The notes under the pieces: generated by a model | Told to the model about the DNA's origin: nothing | The model's input: the letters and a program-made list of their open reading frames with translations, nothing else | Databases searched by the model: none | Position numbers and translations under genes: made by a program | Virus record (IMG/VR): IMGVR_UViG_3300042904_000405 | Coordinates: 8,404-72,403 of that record | Length of the DNA stretch: 64,000 nt | Reading direction: 5' to 3' (one strand) | Source of the DNA: a virus | Shown here: one piece after another, positions 39,657 through 49,435 of the stretch | Position numbering within the stretch: the stretch's first letter is position 1 | How the letters are laid out: each line of letters opens with the position of its first letter

Positions 39657-40049
39657 ATGTACCCGTTCAAGATCTACGAGTGCGCCTACTGCGGCGATGA
39701 GGCCACCGAGAACGATCACGTCACGCCCCGCTCGCGCGGCGGCAGACTGACCGTCCCATCTTGCGCCCCTTGCAACCGGTCCAAGTCCCGCAAGGACGCC
39801 GACGAATGGCTGGCGCATCAGCTGATCCGCGACGCCCGCTGCGATATCGGTGACGATGCGAGCCGCCGTCTGGTGGAGATGTTGCTCCGCCTCCCGGCCC
39901 TCGTCGACGCTGGGATCATCGACATGGGCTGCGTCGGCGTCGAGCTGGCGTCGGCGCGAGAGGAGGCGCTCCAGCTGGCGCTCAACCTCGAGCTGGCGCT
40001 GACGACCCTCAACGCTGCCGTTGAGAATGCTCGGGCGCTGGCCTCATGA
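39657..40049 (+). CDS. HNH endonuclease
   Basis: CAYCG....DHVTPRSRGG...VPSCAPCNRSK. Confidence 0.85.
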   Translation: MYPFKIYECAYCGDEATENDHVTPRSRGGRLTVPSCAPCNRSKSRKDADEWLAHQLIRDARCDIGDDASRRLVEMLLRLPALVDAGIIDMGCVGVELASAREEALQLALNLELALTTLNAAVENARALAS

Positions 40050-40747
40050 GGATCCGCACCGCCCAGATCGCGATCACCCCGATCTGGGTGATCAAGCACC
40101 CCGACGTCTACGGCAACGCCACACGCATGGCGGTGTACGCCGGCCTGCAGGTTGTCGCCTTCGAAGCGGGCGACACCGAGTGGCGCTCCGACCGCGAGTT
40201 GGCTGTCAGCGTGTCCGAGGTCGTCGGCATCGGAGACGAGGCGTGCCGGAAGCATCTCGCCGCGCTGAAGGCCATCGGGGCGATCGCCAAGACCGTCGAT
40301 GGCGACATCTACCTCGCCCAGGATGACCCCGAACTGGGTATCGGCGTGGGTATCCAGGAACCCAAAGTTGGGTCTGGTGGTACCCAAACCGACGAACGCA
40401 CTACCACTACAGAGATAGAGAAGAGAGAGAGACGCGCGTCTGGGTACGACGGGACCCCTGGATTCAACGAGTTCTGGTCGCTCTACCCGAGAGGCGAGGG
40501 CAAGCCGGCCGCCCACGACGCCTTCAAGGCAGCGGCCAAGAAGGACGAGGTGGGAGTGATCCTGGCGGGCCTTGAAGTCTGGGTCGACTACTGGCACCGT
40601 CGCGGCGAGCCTCAGTTCATCCCGTACGCCCAGAAGTGGCTGAAGGGAGAGAACTGGAACGCCTGCCCGCCCCCGGTGCGCTCTCAGGCTCCGAAGCTGT
40701 CATCGGGTGGCTCAGCGATCGCTCGACGCATGGAGAGGACGTCATGA
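40046..40747 (+). CDS. Putative replication initiator
   Basis: N-terminal wHTH-like region, low-complexity linker, C-terminal FNEFWSLYPR..GK..A..AF...FIPYAQKWL...W domain. Confidence 0.75.
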   Translation: MRIRTAQIAITPIWVIKHPDVYGNATRMAVYAGLQVVAFEAGDTEWRSDRELAVSVSEVVGIGDEACRKHLAALKAIGAIAKTVDGDIYLAQDDPELGIGVGIQEPKVGSGGTQTDERTTTTEIEKRERRASGYDGTPGFNEFWSLYPRGEGKPAAHDAFKAAAKKDEVGVILAGLEVWVDYWHRRGEPQFIPYAQKWLKGENWNACPPPVRSQAPKLSSGGSAIARRMERTS

Positions 40748-41367
40748 CCGAGGAAGAGGCCCTGAAGGTGCTCACGCCGCTGGCGGTGGCGTTCCCATTC
40801 GGGGATGACCAGGTCGAGCTGTGGGTGGAGAAGCTCCGATCGCTGTCGAATGCGTTCATCGCGATGAAGACGACGAACTCACTCATCGACGAGCACGAGG
40901 GATTGCGCGCCCCGGCGTGGGCAGTGTTCAAGAAGCAGTACGACCGGTTCCATGCGCGGTGGGAGGAGGAGGAATCCGAGCGCCGCCTGGCCCTGGAGGC
41001 GCCGCAGGGGCGTCTCGCCGGGATGATCTCACCCAAGGAGGGCCGTCAGATCGCCGCCGCGGCCTACGCCAAGCAGTACAAGCGCAAGCCGCCGGCGAAC
41101 ATCTTCGACCTGCCGGACCCCGAGTTCGTCCCGAGGGCCACATCGGAGGAAGTCGAGACCGCCCTGCAGGTGATCCGCGGGGGCTATGACCACGACGGGA
41201 TGACGTTCAGCAAGTACACCGACGTGCTCAAGGCCTTCGACGGCCACCAGCTCACGGCGCGCGCCGCCGTCAAGACACTGGAGGACTCCCGGCAGCTCGT
41301 CCATCGGCCCGATGGCACGCTGATCCTGCTGCGGGTGCGTACGATCGCGGGGGATGAGCGCAGTTGA
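40744..41367 (+). CDS. Possible helicase loader/replication accessory protein
   Basis: MTEEEALKVL..LAVAFP N-terminus and position after the initiator. Confidence 0.5.
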   Translation: MTEEEALKVLTPLAVAFPFGDDQVELWVEKLRSLSNAFIAMKTTNSLIDEHEGLRAPAWAVFKKQYDRFHARWEEEESERRLALEAPQGRLAGMISPKEGRQIAAAAYAKQYKRKPPANIFDLPDPEFVPRATSEEVETALQVIRGGYDHDGMTFSKYTDVLKAFDGHQLTARAAVKTLEDSRQLVHRPDGTLILLRVRTIAGDERS

Positions 41368-41857
41368 GGTCGTCGGCTACCGGATCTGCGCCTCTGGGGT
41401 GTGTGATCGGCTCGTTCTGGAACATGTTGCGGTCCGATCGGGCGGATACTGCCCCGATTGCTGCTCCCGAGGGGTCGCAGAGGCCGCCAAGACCGTCCTC
41501 GTCGCCCTCGAGGGGGGTCGATACCCCGTCAAGTCCGCCAAGCCCGCCCAGACAGCCCGGAATCGGCGTCAGTACCTCCGTCGGAAGGCGGATCCGCGTC
41601 GAATCGAGGCGCGCAAAGCGCAGGAGAAGGCGAAACGGGCTGCGATGAGGCGGTTGCGGGCGTTCTGCCCCGAGTTGTACGACCTACTGCTCGCCGATGA
41701 GCGAATGAAGCGGGGATTGGACCCGTTCCCCCTCGAAACGGCCGTTCTGCCGGGATCAGGGGTCGACGGCTGGGAGACGATGGACGCCACGGCGTTCTAC
41801 CATGCGCTGGCGCGTCAGGAGCAGCAAACCGATGGCCCTTCCGAACCCACGCCGTAG
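41354..41857 (+). CDS. Hypothetical protein (Cys motifs, basic)
   Basis: Coupled ORF overlapping the portal start. Confidence 0.55.
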   Translation: MSAVEVVGYRICASGVCDRLVLEHVAVRSGGYCPDCCSRGVAEAAKTVLVALEGGRYPVKSAKPAQTARNRRQYLRRKADPRRIEARKAQEKAKRAAMRRLRAFCPELYDLLLADERMKRGLDPFPLETAVLPGSGVDGWETMDATAFYHALARQEQQTDGPSEPTP

Positions 41858-43388
41858 CACGGCGACTCTCACACGCCCAACCGGGCAAGAGTCGACGTAC
41901 GCGGCGCGTGAGATCAGGATCTCCGACCCGAACGAGGCCAGGTACCTCCACACGCTCGTTTCGGCCACGAAGAACCACTTCGGCTCGTCGCACAACCCGT
42001 GGGACTGGTTCGAGAAGCTCGGCGAGGTCCACTACGCCGTTGCTCGCGCTGCTCGCATCGCCGGCTACACCGAGCTGTTCGCCGAGTACGAGCAGAAGCC
42101 CGGGGTCTGGGTCCGTCGGGACACCGGACGCGAGGCGGCCATCGTCGACGGGATCTACTCGCCGTTCGGCGGCGTGCGAGGCCTGATCTCGCGCTACTTC
42201 ACGCTGATGAAGGTTCCCGCCGACTCTCACCTGATCCGGGTCAAGAACGGCGGCGTCTACGACGGCTACCACTTCATGTCGGTCGATGAGATCGATCAGG
42301 CGAGCCTGGACGAGGGAGCACGCAGGACGGGGGGCGCGACCGAGTTCAGGTGGCGCACCCTGCCGATCTCCGACGAGGGCAACACCAGCCTGCGCACCGT
42401 CGCCGCCGAGGACTACCTCGGCCGGGTGTGGGCCCCGTCTGACCGCTGGGTCGACCTCCCGGACTCCCCGCTGTTCGCCCTCGACACCGAATGCGAAGTC
42501 CTGCACCTGTCGACGCTCTCGCTCCGGGCGAAGCTGGCCTCCCGCTTCGCTTCGGCGGGGATCCTGTTCATCCCGCAGTCGATGCGCTCGGCGGCGTGGG
42601 CGCACCCCGACAACGGGGTCAACGAAGGCGTCTCCGACGCGGCCAGGATCGACGACGTCCTCGACTCGCTGATCAAGAGCATGACTCGCAACCAGCTCGA
42701 CTACGAGTCGGCGAAGTTCTGGCTGCCGCTGTTGGTCTCCGGCCCCGACGACGTCGGCGAGAAGATCAAGCACATCCTCATCGACAGCGAGGTGTTCGAG
42801 ACCGATCTCTCGCTGCGCCGGGAGATGATCGATCGCATCTTCACCGGCCTCGACATCCAGGCCAACGCGACGAAGGGCGTCGGCGAGGAATCGTCCCGCT
42901 TCAACGCCTGGTCGGTATCCGACGACGAGCTGCGCCTCGTGGCCAAGCCCGACGTCGAAGCTGCGTGCTGGGCGTTCACCCGCCTCATCCTGCACAAGCA
43001 GCTCAAGGAGGCTGGCGTCGACGACGCGCAGATCGTGAAGTGGCGCGTCGGGTTCGACATGAACCGCGCCGCATCGAAGACGAACCAGCAGGACGACGCC
43101 CGCCAGATCGAGGACCGCGGCGGCCTGAAGCTGGCGACGCTGCGCTCGGTCAGTGGCTTCGACGAAGACGATGCGCCCGAGGAGCAGGAGCAGATCCGCT
43201 GGATGGGCCGCCAGACGCGCAACCCGTACCTCGGCCTGTTCACCGGCAAGAAGATCAGCGAGATCGACTGGGACATGGTCCTGAAGTTCTCAGGCAAGAG
43301 CGGCCCGACCGGCAAGGCGGGCGACGACCCCACGAAGGGTCCGGGAGTCGGTAACCCGGGCAGCCCAGACACCCCACCGGAGGACTGA
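41832..43388 (+). CDS. Portal protein
   Basis: W.WFEKLGEVHYAV, LASAGILFIP-like SRFASAGILFIP, LRREMIDRIFTGLD, NAWSVSDDE resemble cluster-B-type actinophage portals; first gene of the head module. Confidence 0.8.
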   Translation: MALPNPRRSTATLTRPTGQESTYAAREIRISDPNEARYLHTLVSATKNHFGSSHNPWDWFEKLGEVHYAVARAARIAGYTELFAEYEQKPGVWVRRDTGREAAIVDGIYSPFGGVRGLISRYFTLMKVPADSHLIRVKNGGVYDGYHFMSVDEIDQASLDEGARRTGGATEFRWRTLPISDEGNTSLRTVAAEDYLGRVWAPSDRWVDLPDSPLFALDTECEVLHLSTLSLRAKLASRFASAGILFIPQSMRSAAWAHPDNGVNEGVSDAARIDDVLDSLIKSMTRNQLDYESAKFWLPLLVSGPDDVGEKIKHILIDSEVFETDLSLRREMIDRIFTGLDIQANATKGVGEESSRFNAWSVSDDELRLVAKPDVEAACWAFTRLILHKQLKEAGVDDAQIVKWRVGFDMNRAASKTNQQDDARQIEDRGGLKLATLRSVSGFDEDDAPEEQEQIRWMGRQTRNPYLGLFTGKKISEIDWDMVLKFSGKSGPTGKAGDDPTKGPGVGNPGSPDTPPED

Positions 43389-44839
43389 TGATCACCACCT
43401 ACGGCGCACGCGTCATGGACAAGCCCAAGGGCATGCTGCGCGCCTTCAAGATCAACGACCTGGTGCGGCTCGACGAAGAGACCGGCGACGGTCGTCTACT
43501 GCGCTCGAGCGGCGCCGGCGTGCGCCACCTGCCGCGGACGGTGTTCGGCGGCTTCTTCGAAGGCGAGGCACACGGTCGGAACGTCATCATCGGCCGGCTC
43601 GACGCCGTGGAGTTCGACCCGGACAACAACACGGCCACGGGGTGGGGCTGGCTCATCGACGACGAGAACGGCCGCCAGGCGGCGCGCTACATCGACGCCA
43701 AGGCGATGACCGGCAACTCGATCCACATGGCTGAGATCGAAGTGACGATCGAGTGGAAGTCCGACGACCCCAACGACCCCGACTTCATGGAGTACACGGT
43801 CGTCTTCGAGAAGTGGTCCGTCGCCTCCACCACGATGCTCGGCATCCCTGCGTTCAAGGACTCCCAGTTTGAGCTGGAGCCCGAGGTGCTCGCCTCGCTC
43901 TATGAGTCCGACAACCCCCTGGAGATCGACGGCGGCTTCACGGTCACGTATGACCTGAAGTTCGACGTCCCCCAGCGCGAAGAGATCACGGCATCCGGCG
44001 AGCCCCGCCCGCCGTGGGAGTACTTCCACCGCGCCGAGGACAGCAAGCCGACCCCGATCACCGTCGGCGAGATGGACGGCGACGGCTGGGTCCCGGTCTA
44101 CGGCAACCTGGCCCGTTGGAACGTCTGCCACGACGGCATCGATGCCCGATGTGTCATCGCCCCGTACGACCCGACCGAGTACTCCAGCTTCAACTGCTCC
44201 AGCGTGCTGACGAGTCGCGGCAACGTCCCGACCGGTCCGATCTTCTTCCAGGGCGGCCACCCCGACAAGCCGCTCGGCCACGGTGACGTGGCGAAGGCCT
44301 ACGGCGGGATCGAGAACGCCTGGGCCGACGTGCGCGTCACGCACGGCGTCCACGGCCCGTGGATCTCCGGCGTCGTGCGCCCCGGCGTCACCAGCGCCAG
44401 TGTCTACGCGGCCCGCGCCTCGCGGATCTCCGGCCACTGGATGGGCGACGGTCGGCTGAAGGCGATCGTCTCCTGCAACGTGCCGGGCTACGACGTGCCC
44501 GGATCCAAGGTCTACACCGACGGCAACGGCGCTGTGCTCGAGGTCGTCGCCTCGTTCGTGCCGGACTGCCAGACGGAAGCGCCCGACGCGCCGGCCTTGA
44601 ACACCAACTCGTACAACATGAACATCGATCCGCTGCTGACGTTCGACTTCATGACCCCCGAGGCCCGCTCTGACTTCGCCCGCCGCCTCGTGATGATGAA
44701 CAACGGGACGTTCGCTCAGACGCCGGTCGACAACACGCCCGTCGTCCAGGACGTGCTGGGCAAGCTGGAGGCCGTCGACGACCTCCTTCTGGATCTGGAG
44801 CTGGAAGCCGAAGAGGACGCCGACCGCGGTCTCGTTTGA
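43388..44839 (+). CDS. Capsid maturation protease
   Basis: ETGDGR, GIPAF, VYGNLA.W..CH, WADVRV..G.HGPWISG, ISGHW; lies between portal and capsid. Confidence 0.75.
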   Translation: MITTYGARVMDKPKGMLRAFKINDLVRLDEETGDGRLLRSSGAGVRHLPRTVFGGFFEGEAHGRNVIIGRLDAVEFDPDNNTATGWGWLIDDENGRQAARYIDAKAMTGNSIHMAEIEVTIEWKSDDPNDPDFMEYTVVFEKWSVASTTMLGIPAFKDSQFELEPEVLASLYESDNPLEIDGGFTVTYDLKFDVPQREEITASGEPRPPWEYFHRAEDSKPTPITVGEMDGDGWVPVYGNLARWNVCHDGIDARCVIAPYDPTEYSSFNCSSVLTSRGNVPTGPIFFQGGHPDKPLGHGDVAKAYGGIENAWADVRVTHGVHGPWISGVVRPGVTSASVYAARASRISGHWMGDGRLKAIVSCNVPGYDVPGSKVYTDGNGAVLEVVASFVPDCQTEAPDAPALNTNSYNMNIDPLLTFDFMTPEARSDFARRLVMMNNGTFAQTPVDNTPVVQDVLGKLEAVDDLLLDLELEAEEDADRGLV

Positions 44840-44905
44840 CCAAAGCGGGATGCTGCCAGCAGCATGGCCTGCAGCATTCATCCAGAGCGTCCAGGAGGGC
44901 CTCGT

Positions 44906-46549
44906 ATGTTCCAGCTCCCCGAGGATCTGACGAGCCTCGATCGTGCGGCGCTCAGCGCGCTGCTCGCCACCCTGCGCTCGGACTTCCGCACCGAACTCTC
45001 CCGCAAGCGCGGCGAGGACGAGGGTGCGCTCGACCGCAGCGCGTTGCAGGCCGAGTACACCGAGGCCCGCGAGACCGTGCTCTCAATGATCGCCACCTTC
45101 GACGAGGTCGATCCGGCCGATGCGCCCGAGCCGCCCGCGGTCCCCGCGGACGACGAGGTCGTCGATCCCCCAGCCGCCCCCGAGGAAGAGGAAGTCGATC
45201 CCCCGGTTGAGCCGGAGCCCGACGACGAGGCAGCCGTCTCCACGAAGCCGGTCGTCACCACGACGGGCCTCGCCACCACGCCCACCAACGTCGCCGAGCG
45301 CCGCTCGGAGGCTGAGGTCTTCAAGGCGCTGGCGACGGTCGCCGGCAAGAAGCAGGGCGAGCGGTTCTCCAGCTGGGCCGAGGCAGGCGCCGCCCTCATG
45401 GCGATGGCCGCCGACACCCGTGGTTCGGGCATGAAGCACTACGTCGGCTCGGCCGCCGCGCAGATCCCGGACATCATGAAGCTCGACGAGGGCAAGGGCG
45501 GGATGGCCCGCATCGGCGACAACCTCAAGCTCATGGAGCAGGACGAGGTCACCGCCGCCCTCTGTGCCCCGCTGCCGACGGTCTACGGCCTCGCCTGCGA
45601 CAACGTGACCCGGCGTCCGGTCAAGGGCTCGCTGCGCACCTACCAGGCGCCCCGTGGCGGCGTGCAGATCATGTCCTCGCCGACGCTCGAGGACATCAAG
45701 ACCGGCTTCGGCATCTGGGACCGCGACGACGACGCGAACCCGGCCGCCACCAAGGAAGCCTGCCAGACCATCAAGTGCAACACGCCGTCGAGCTACTACA
45801 TGTACGCGGTCTACCGCTGCATGACGGTGAAGAACATGCTCGCCGCGACGTACCCGGAGCTGGTCGAAGCGTGGCTGAACCGCCTGCAGGCCCGCTGGGC
45901 CCGCATGGCAGAGGTGCAGCTGCTGGAGGCGATGGCCGTCGACACGACCGTCGTTGAGGCTCACACGCTCGGCTACAACGCCAGCACGAGCATCATCACG
46001 AACCTCCTCAACTACCTGGCCCTGTACCAGGAGCTGCAGCGCTGGGACGTGCCGTCGTTCGAGGCGTGGATCCCGCGCTGGGCGCTGTACGCCATCAAGG
46101 CCGACATGATGCGGCGCCGCCGCACCGACGGCTCCTTCGCTGGGGTCCCGTCCGACGCTCAGGTCAACGCCCTGTTCACCTCGGTCGGCGTCACGCCGCA
46201 CTGGTTCATCGACACGCCGTCGTGGGCGACGCCGATCCCGAAGTTCCAGGTGACGGGCCGCCTCGGCCAGTTCACCCGCAACCTCGAGATCCTCATCGCC
46301 CCGACCAACAAGTTCGCCGTCATCGACCGCGGCGAGCTGAACTTCGGCGTCAACAACGTGATGCGCGACAACACGTCGCTCTCGAAGAACGAGTACACGC
46401 TCTTCTACGAGAACTACGAGGGCATCGTGAACACGACGTCGTGCCCGGCGCACGTCCTCGAGTTCAACAACCTCTGCTTCAACGGCCAGCAGATCGCCGA
46501 CGTCGTCCTCAACTGCGAGGGCTACGACGAGGTCGGCGCCGCCTCCTGA
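44906..46549 (+). CDS. Major capsid (hexamer-type) protein with N-terminal scaffold-like region
   Basis: AGGAGG RBS; TAALCAPL.TVY, RGGV, YPELV, GELNFGV..RD, NEY.LFYE.YEG; followed by a hairpin. Confidence 0.85.
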   Translation: MFQLPEDLTSLDRAALSALLATLRSDFRTELSRKRGEDEGALDRSALQAEYTEARETVLSMIATFDEVDPADAPEPPAVPADDEVVDPPAAPEEEEVDPPVEPEPDDEAAVSTKPVVTTTGLATTPTNVAERRSEAEVFKALATVAGKKQGERFSSWAEAGAALMAMAADTRGSGMKHYVGSAAAQIPDIMKLDEGKGGMARIGDNLKLMEQDEVTAALCAPLPTVYGLACDNVTRRPVKGSLRTYQAPRGGVQIMSSPTLEDIKTGFGIWDRDDDANPAATKEACQTIKCNTPSSYYMYAVYRCMTVKNMLAATYPELVEAWLNRLQARWARMAEVQLLEAMAVDTTVVEAHTLGYNASTSIITNLLNYLALYQELQRWDVPSFEAWIPRWALYAIKADMMRRRRTDGSFAGVPSDAQVNALFTSVGVTPHWFIDTPSWATPIPKFQVTGRLGQFTRNLEILIAPTNKFAVIDRGELNFGVNNVMRDNTSLSKNEYTLFYENYEGIVNTTSCPAHVLEFNNLCFNGQQIADVVLNCEGYDEVGAAS

Positions 46550-46577
46550 CCAGGAGCAACCCGAACACCCCGTGAGA

Positions 46578-46607
46578 GAGGGCCCGGTCCGAGAGGGCCG
46601 GGCCCTC
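46578..46607 (+). terminator. Hairpin after the capsid gene
   Basis: GAGGGCCCGGTCC-GAGA-GGGCCGGGCCCTC. Confidence 0.7.
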
Positions 46608-46626
46608 GCTGTGAGAGGATGACCGC

Positions 46627-47487
46627 ATGCCTGTGCTCGCCCCCCAGATCCAGTCCCTCCCGATCCCGGAGCCCCTCCCGATCGGACAGGCGGTCGACCT
46701 GTACTCCATGCTGCCGCTGGAATGGGTGCAGGGGCCGGATTCGAACTCGGACCGCTGGCTCGCCGGCGTCACGTTCGTGCCGCGCGGTATCTCCACCTCG
46801 GTCAACCTGACGCCGCTCGAGGACCCGTGCATCACTCTGGAGAACAGCTTCGGCACGGTGCAGGGCTTCGAAGCCCCCGCCACGTTCCTGCCGTTCCGGG
46901 TCGAGAACGCCATCACGTGCTCGGCGCTGGGTGGCTTCACGCAGAACGAGCTGGAGCAGTGGATCCTGGACGAGACCCGCTCGGTGGAGTCCTTCGATCT
47001 CGCCAAGCAGGTGTGGGGCCTCGGCGGCCCGAACCTCGACCTGCGTGACCAGGCGGACGTGATCACCACGGGTGACGTCACGCCGCTGGGTGCGCTGTCC
47101 GCTGTCGTCGGCGGCCTCGATCGTCGCCTCAAGGGGCGCCGCGGCCTGATCCACATGTCGACGGCGATGCTGGTGCGTGTGGTGGCAGCCGGGGCGGTCA
47201 CCTTCCGCAACGGCCAGTACGAGACCGCTGGCGGCCACCGGATCGTCGCCGACGCCGGCTACGACGGGTCGGCCCCCGCTGGGCAGATCCTGGGGCAGTC
47301 CTGGATCTACGGCTCCGGGCCGGTCTACTACCGCATGTCGCCGCCCGAGGCGCCGGGCCTGTGGTGGGAGTCGTTCAAGCGCTCGCACAACGACTTCGTC
47401 GCCCAGGTCGTGCGCTACGGGCTCTTTGCCTTCGATCCAGCCTTCGTCGTCGGCGCCAGGTCTGACGTCGCCACCAGCATCGCCTGA
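46627..47487 (+). CDS. Second capsid protein (pentamer-type)
   Basis: RWLAGVTF, PF.V....CS, GLIHMS, G..IVADAGYDG, WIYGSGPV resemble the capsid pentamer proteins of Rosebush-like phages. Confidence 0.7.
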   Translation: MPVLAPQIQSLPIPEPLPIGQAVDLYSMLPLEWVQGPDSNSDRWLAGVTFVPRGISTSVNLTPLEDPCITLENSFGTVQGFEAPATFLPFRVENAITCSALGGFTQNELEQWILDETRSVESFDLAKQVWGLGGPNLDLRDQADVITTGDVTPLGALSAVVGGLDRRLKGRRGLIHMSTAMLVRVVAAGAVTFRNGQYETAGGHRIVADAGYDGSAPAGQILGQSWIYGSGPVYYRMSPPEAPGLWWESFKRSHNDFVAQVVRYGLFAFDPAFVVGARSDVATSIA

Positions 47488-47529
47488 TCGCTCCTTGCCG
47501 CCGGCGAGCTGAAGACATAGCATGCCCCC

Positions 47530-48522
47530 GTGGCATCCATCGCGTACATCGGCAACTTCGGCCCGCCCCACTCCACGGAGAACGACGTCCTCCGCACTCT
47601 GACGGACATGGGCCACGACGTGACGCGGTACCAGGAGAACGAGATCGGCGAGTGGGAGAGGCTTGTTGAGGCCCTGCGCGAAGAGGGCCCACTCCCCGAC
47701 CTGATCCTCTGGACGTCGACGCACGACTACGCCGAGAAGGTCGGCCACGAGATCCAGCGGCACATGCAGTGGCTCGCCCGGATCCAGGGTGTGCCGACGA
47801 TGGGCTTCCACCTCGACCGCTGGTGGGGGCTGCAGCGCTGGAAGCGGGTGCTGTCCCAGCCGTTCTTCCGCTGCGACTACGTCCTCACCGCTGACGGCGG
47901 CCACCAGGCCGAGTTCGGGGCGGCGGACGTCAACCACCACTGGTCCCCGCCAGCCATCGCCCCGCACAACTGCGTCCGCGGCGAGTACCGGCCCGAGTTC
48001 GACTTCGACATCGTGTTCGTCGGCTCCTGGCAGGGCGGATACCACGAGGAGTGGCAGCACCGCCCCCAGCTGATTAAGCACCTGCAGCGCAAGTGGGGCG
48101 ACCGCGTTGCGTTCTTCCCAGGGGCGCGCCAAGGCGCCATCCGCGGCCAGGGCCTCGCCGATCTCTACGCCTCGGCCAAGGTGGTGGTCGGTGACAGCTG
48201 CCTCGTCCCGAAGTCGGACGGCTCCCCGATGACGCACTACTGCAGCGACCGCGTCTTTGAGACGATCGGGCGCGGCGGCCTGCTACTCCATCCGTTCGTT
48301 CCTGGGGTCCTCGGCACGATGGACACCGACCTCGTTCAGGGCGGTGTCCATGCTCTCGGGTGGGATCTCGGCCACTGGGATCAGCTGGACTCTCTGATCA
48401 CGTACTACCTCGATGAGCCCACCGCAGCGGAGGACATCCGCCGCACCGGCTACCTCCACGTCTGGGCCAACCACACCTATGCCAACCGCTTGGACTGGGC
48501 TCTCGGACTGGTGGGGCTGTAA
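47530..48522 (+). CDS. Glycosyltransferase (GT-B, CgeB/Glyco_trans_1_2-like)
   Basis: DIVFVGS, LADLYASAKVVVG, SDRVFETIG.GG, HTYANR. Confidence 0.85.
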   Translation: MASIAYIGNFGPPHSTENDVLRTLTDMGHDVTRYQENEIGEWERLVEALREEGPLPDLILWTSTHDYAEKVGHEIQRHMQWLARIQGVPTMGFHLDRWWGLQRWKRVLSQPFFRCDYVLTADGGHQAEFGAADVNHHWSPPAIAPHNCVRGEYRPEFDFDIVFVGSWQGGYHEEWQHRPQLIKHLQRKWGDRVAFFPGARQGAIRGQGLADLYASAKVVVGDSCLVPKSDGSPMTHYCSDRVFETIGRGGLLLHPFVPGVLGTMDTDLVQGGVHALGWDLGHWDQLDSLITYYLDEPTAAEDIRRTGYLHVWANHTYANRLDWALGLVGL

Positions 48523-48722
48523 TGGGCGCCACCTATGAGTTCGCCAGCTACGACGACCCCGAGACCGACCTTCACGTGTCGCGCGGCAAGCTCGACCCAG
48601 CAGGCACCACCCATCCACCGCAGTGGGGGAAGCCCTACCACCAGGACATGGGGTTCTGGGTGAAGGATTGCCTCCACCCGAACTGCGAACTGTTCATCAA
48701 GGCAGAGAGGCCCCAGCCATGA
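48522..48722 (+). CDS. Small hypothetical protein
   Basis: TAATG and ATGA coupling on both sides. Confidence 0.55.
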   Translation: MGATYEFASYDDPETDLHVSRGKLDPAGTTHPPQWGKPYHQDMGFWVKDCLHPNCELFIKAERPQP

Positions 48723-49435
48723 GACGCGAGAACATCCTCGGCTTCGACATCGTCGTGCCGGACTCGGTAGCCGACTGGGATGCCGTGCGCGGCCCTGACT
48801 CACCGTGGGAGCGCGAGCGCATCAAGTCGATGCTCAGCATCCTGCGCCGCGGCGACGTCCTCTACGACATCGGCGCCGAGCACGGGTGGATGTCGGTCAT
48901 CTTCGGCTTGCACGTCGGCGGCGAGAACATGGTGCTCGTCGAGCCGTCGCAGGACTTCTGGCCGAACATCAAGATGGGCTGGGACGAGAACGGGCTCCAC
49001 ATGCCGCTCGCCACCGCCCAGGCCTTCGCAGGTGATGCCTCCGAAGGCGACATCTACGTCCGCTCGTGGACCCCGTTCATCGATGGCCCCGAGTGCCCGG
49101 CCATGGCGTACCGTCATCCGAACAACCACGCCGACTCGATCAAGACGGTGTCGATCGATCAGCTGTCCCTCGCCACGGGGAAGCCGCCGAAGGGCATCAC
49201 GATCGACGTCGAAGGCGCCGAGCTGGGCGTCCTGAAGGGCGCCGAGCGCACTCTCGTCGGCGATCGGCCCAACGTGTGGGTCTCAGTCCACGAGGATCTG
49301 ATGATCCGCGACTTCGGCACCACCCCCCAGGAGCTGGTCTCCTACATGGAGGGTCTCAACTTCAGGCTGTACAACCTCGGCTACGACCACGAGCAGCACA
49401 TGTACTTCCAGCCCGCGGAGTGGCGGCCGCGGTGA
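48719..49435 (+). CDS. FkbM-family methyltransferase
   Basis: LYDIGAEHG, VEP, IDVEGAE..VLKGA...L. Confidence 0.85.
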   Translation: MRRENILGFDIVVPDSVADWDAVRGPDSPWERERIKSMLSILRRGDVLYDIGAEHGWMSVIFGLHVGGENMVLVEPSQDFWPNIKMGWDENGLHMPLATAQAFAGDASEGDIYVRSWTPFIDGPECPAMAYRHPNNHADSIKTVSIDQLSLATGKPPKGITIDVEGAELGVLKGAERTLVGDRPNVWVSVHEDLMIRDFGTTPQELVSYMEGLNFRLYNLGYDHEQHMYFQPAEWRPR

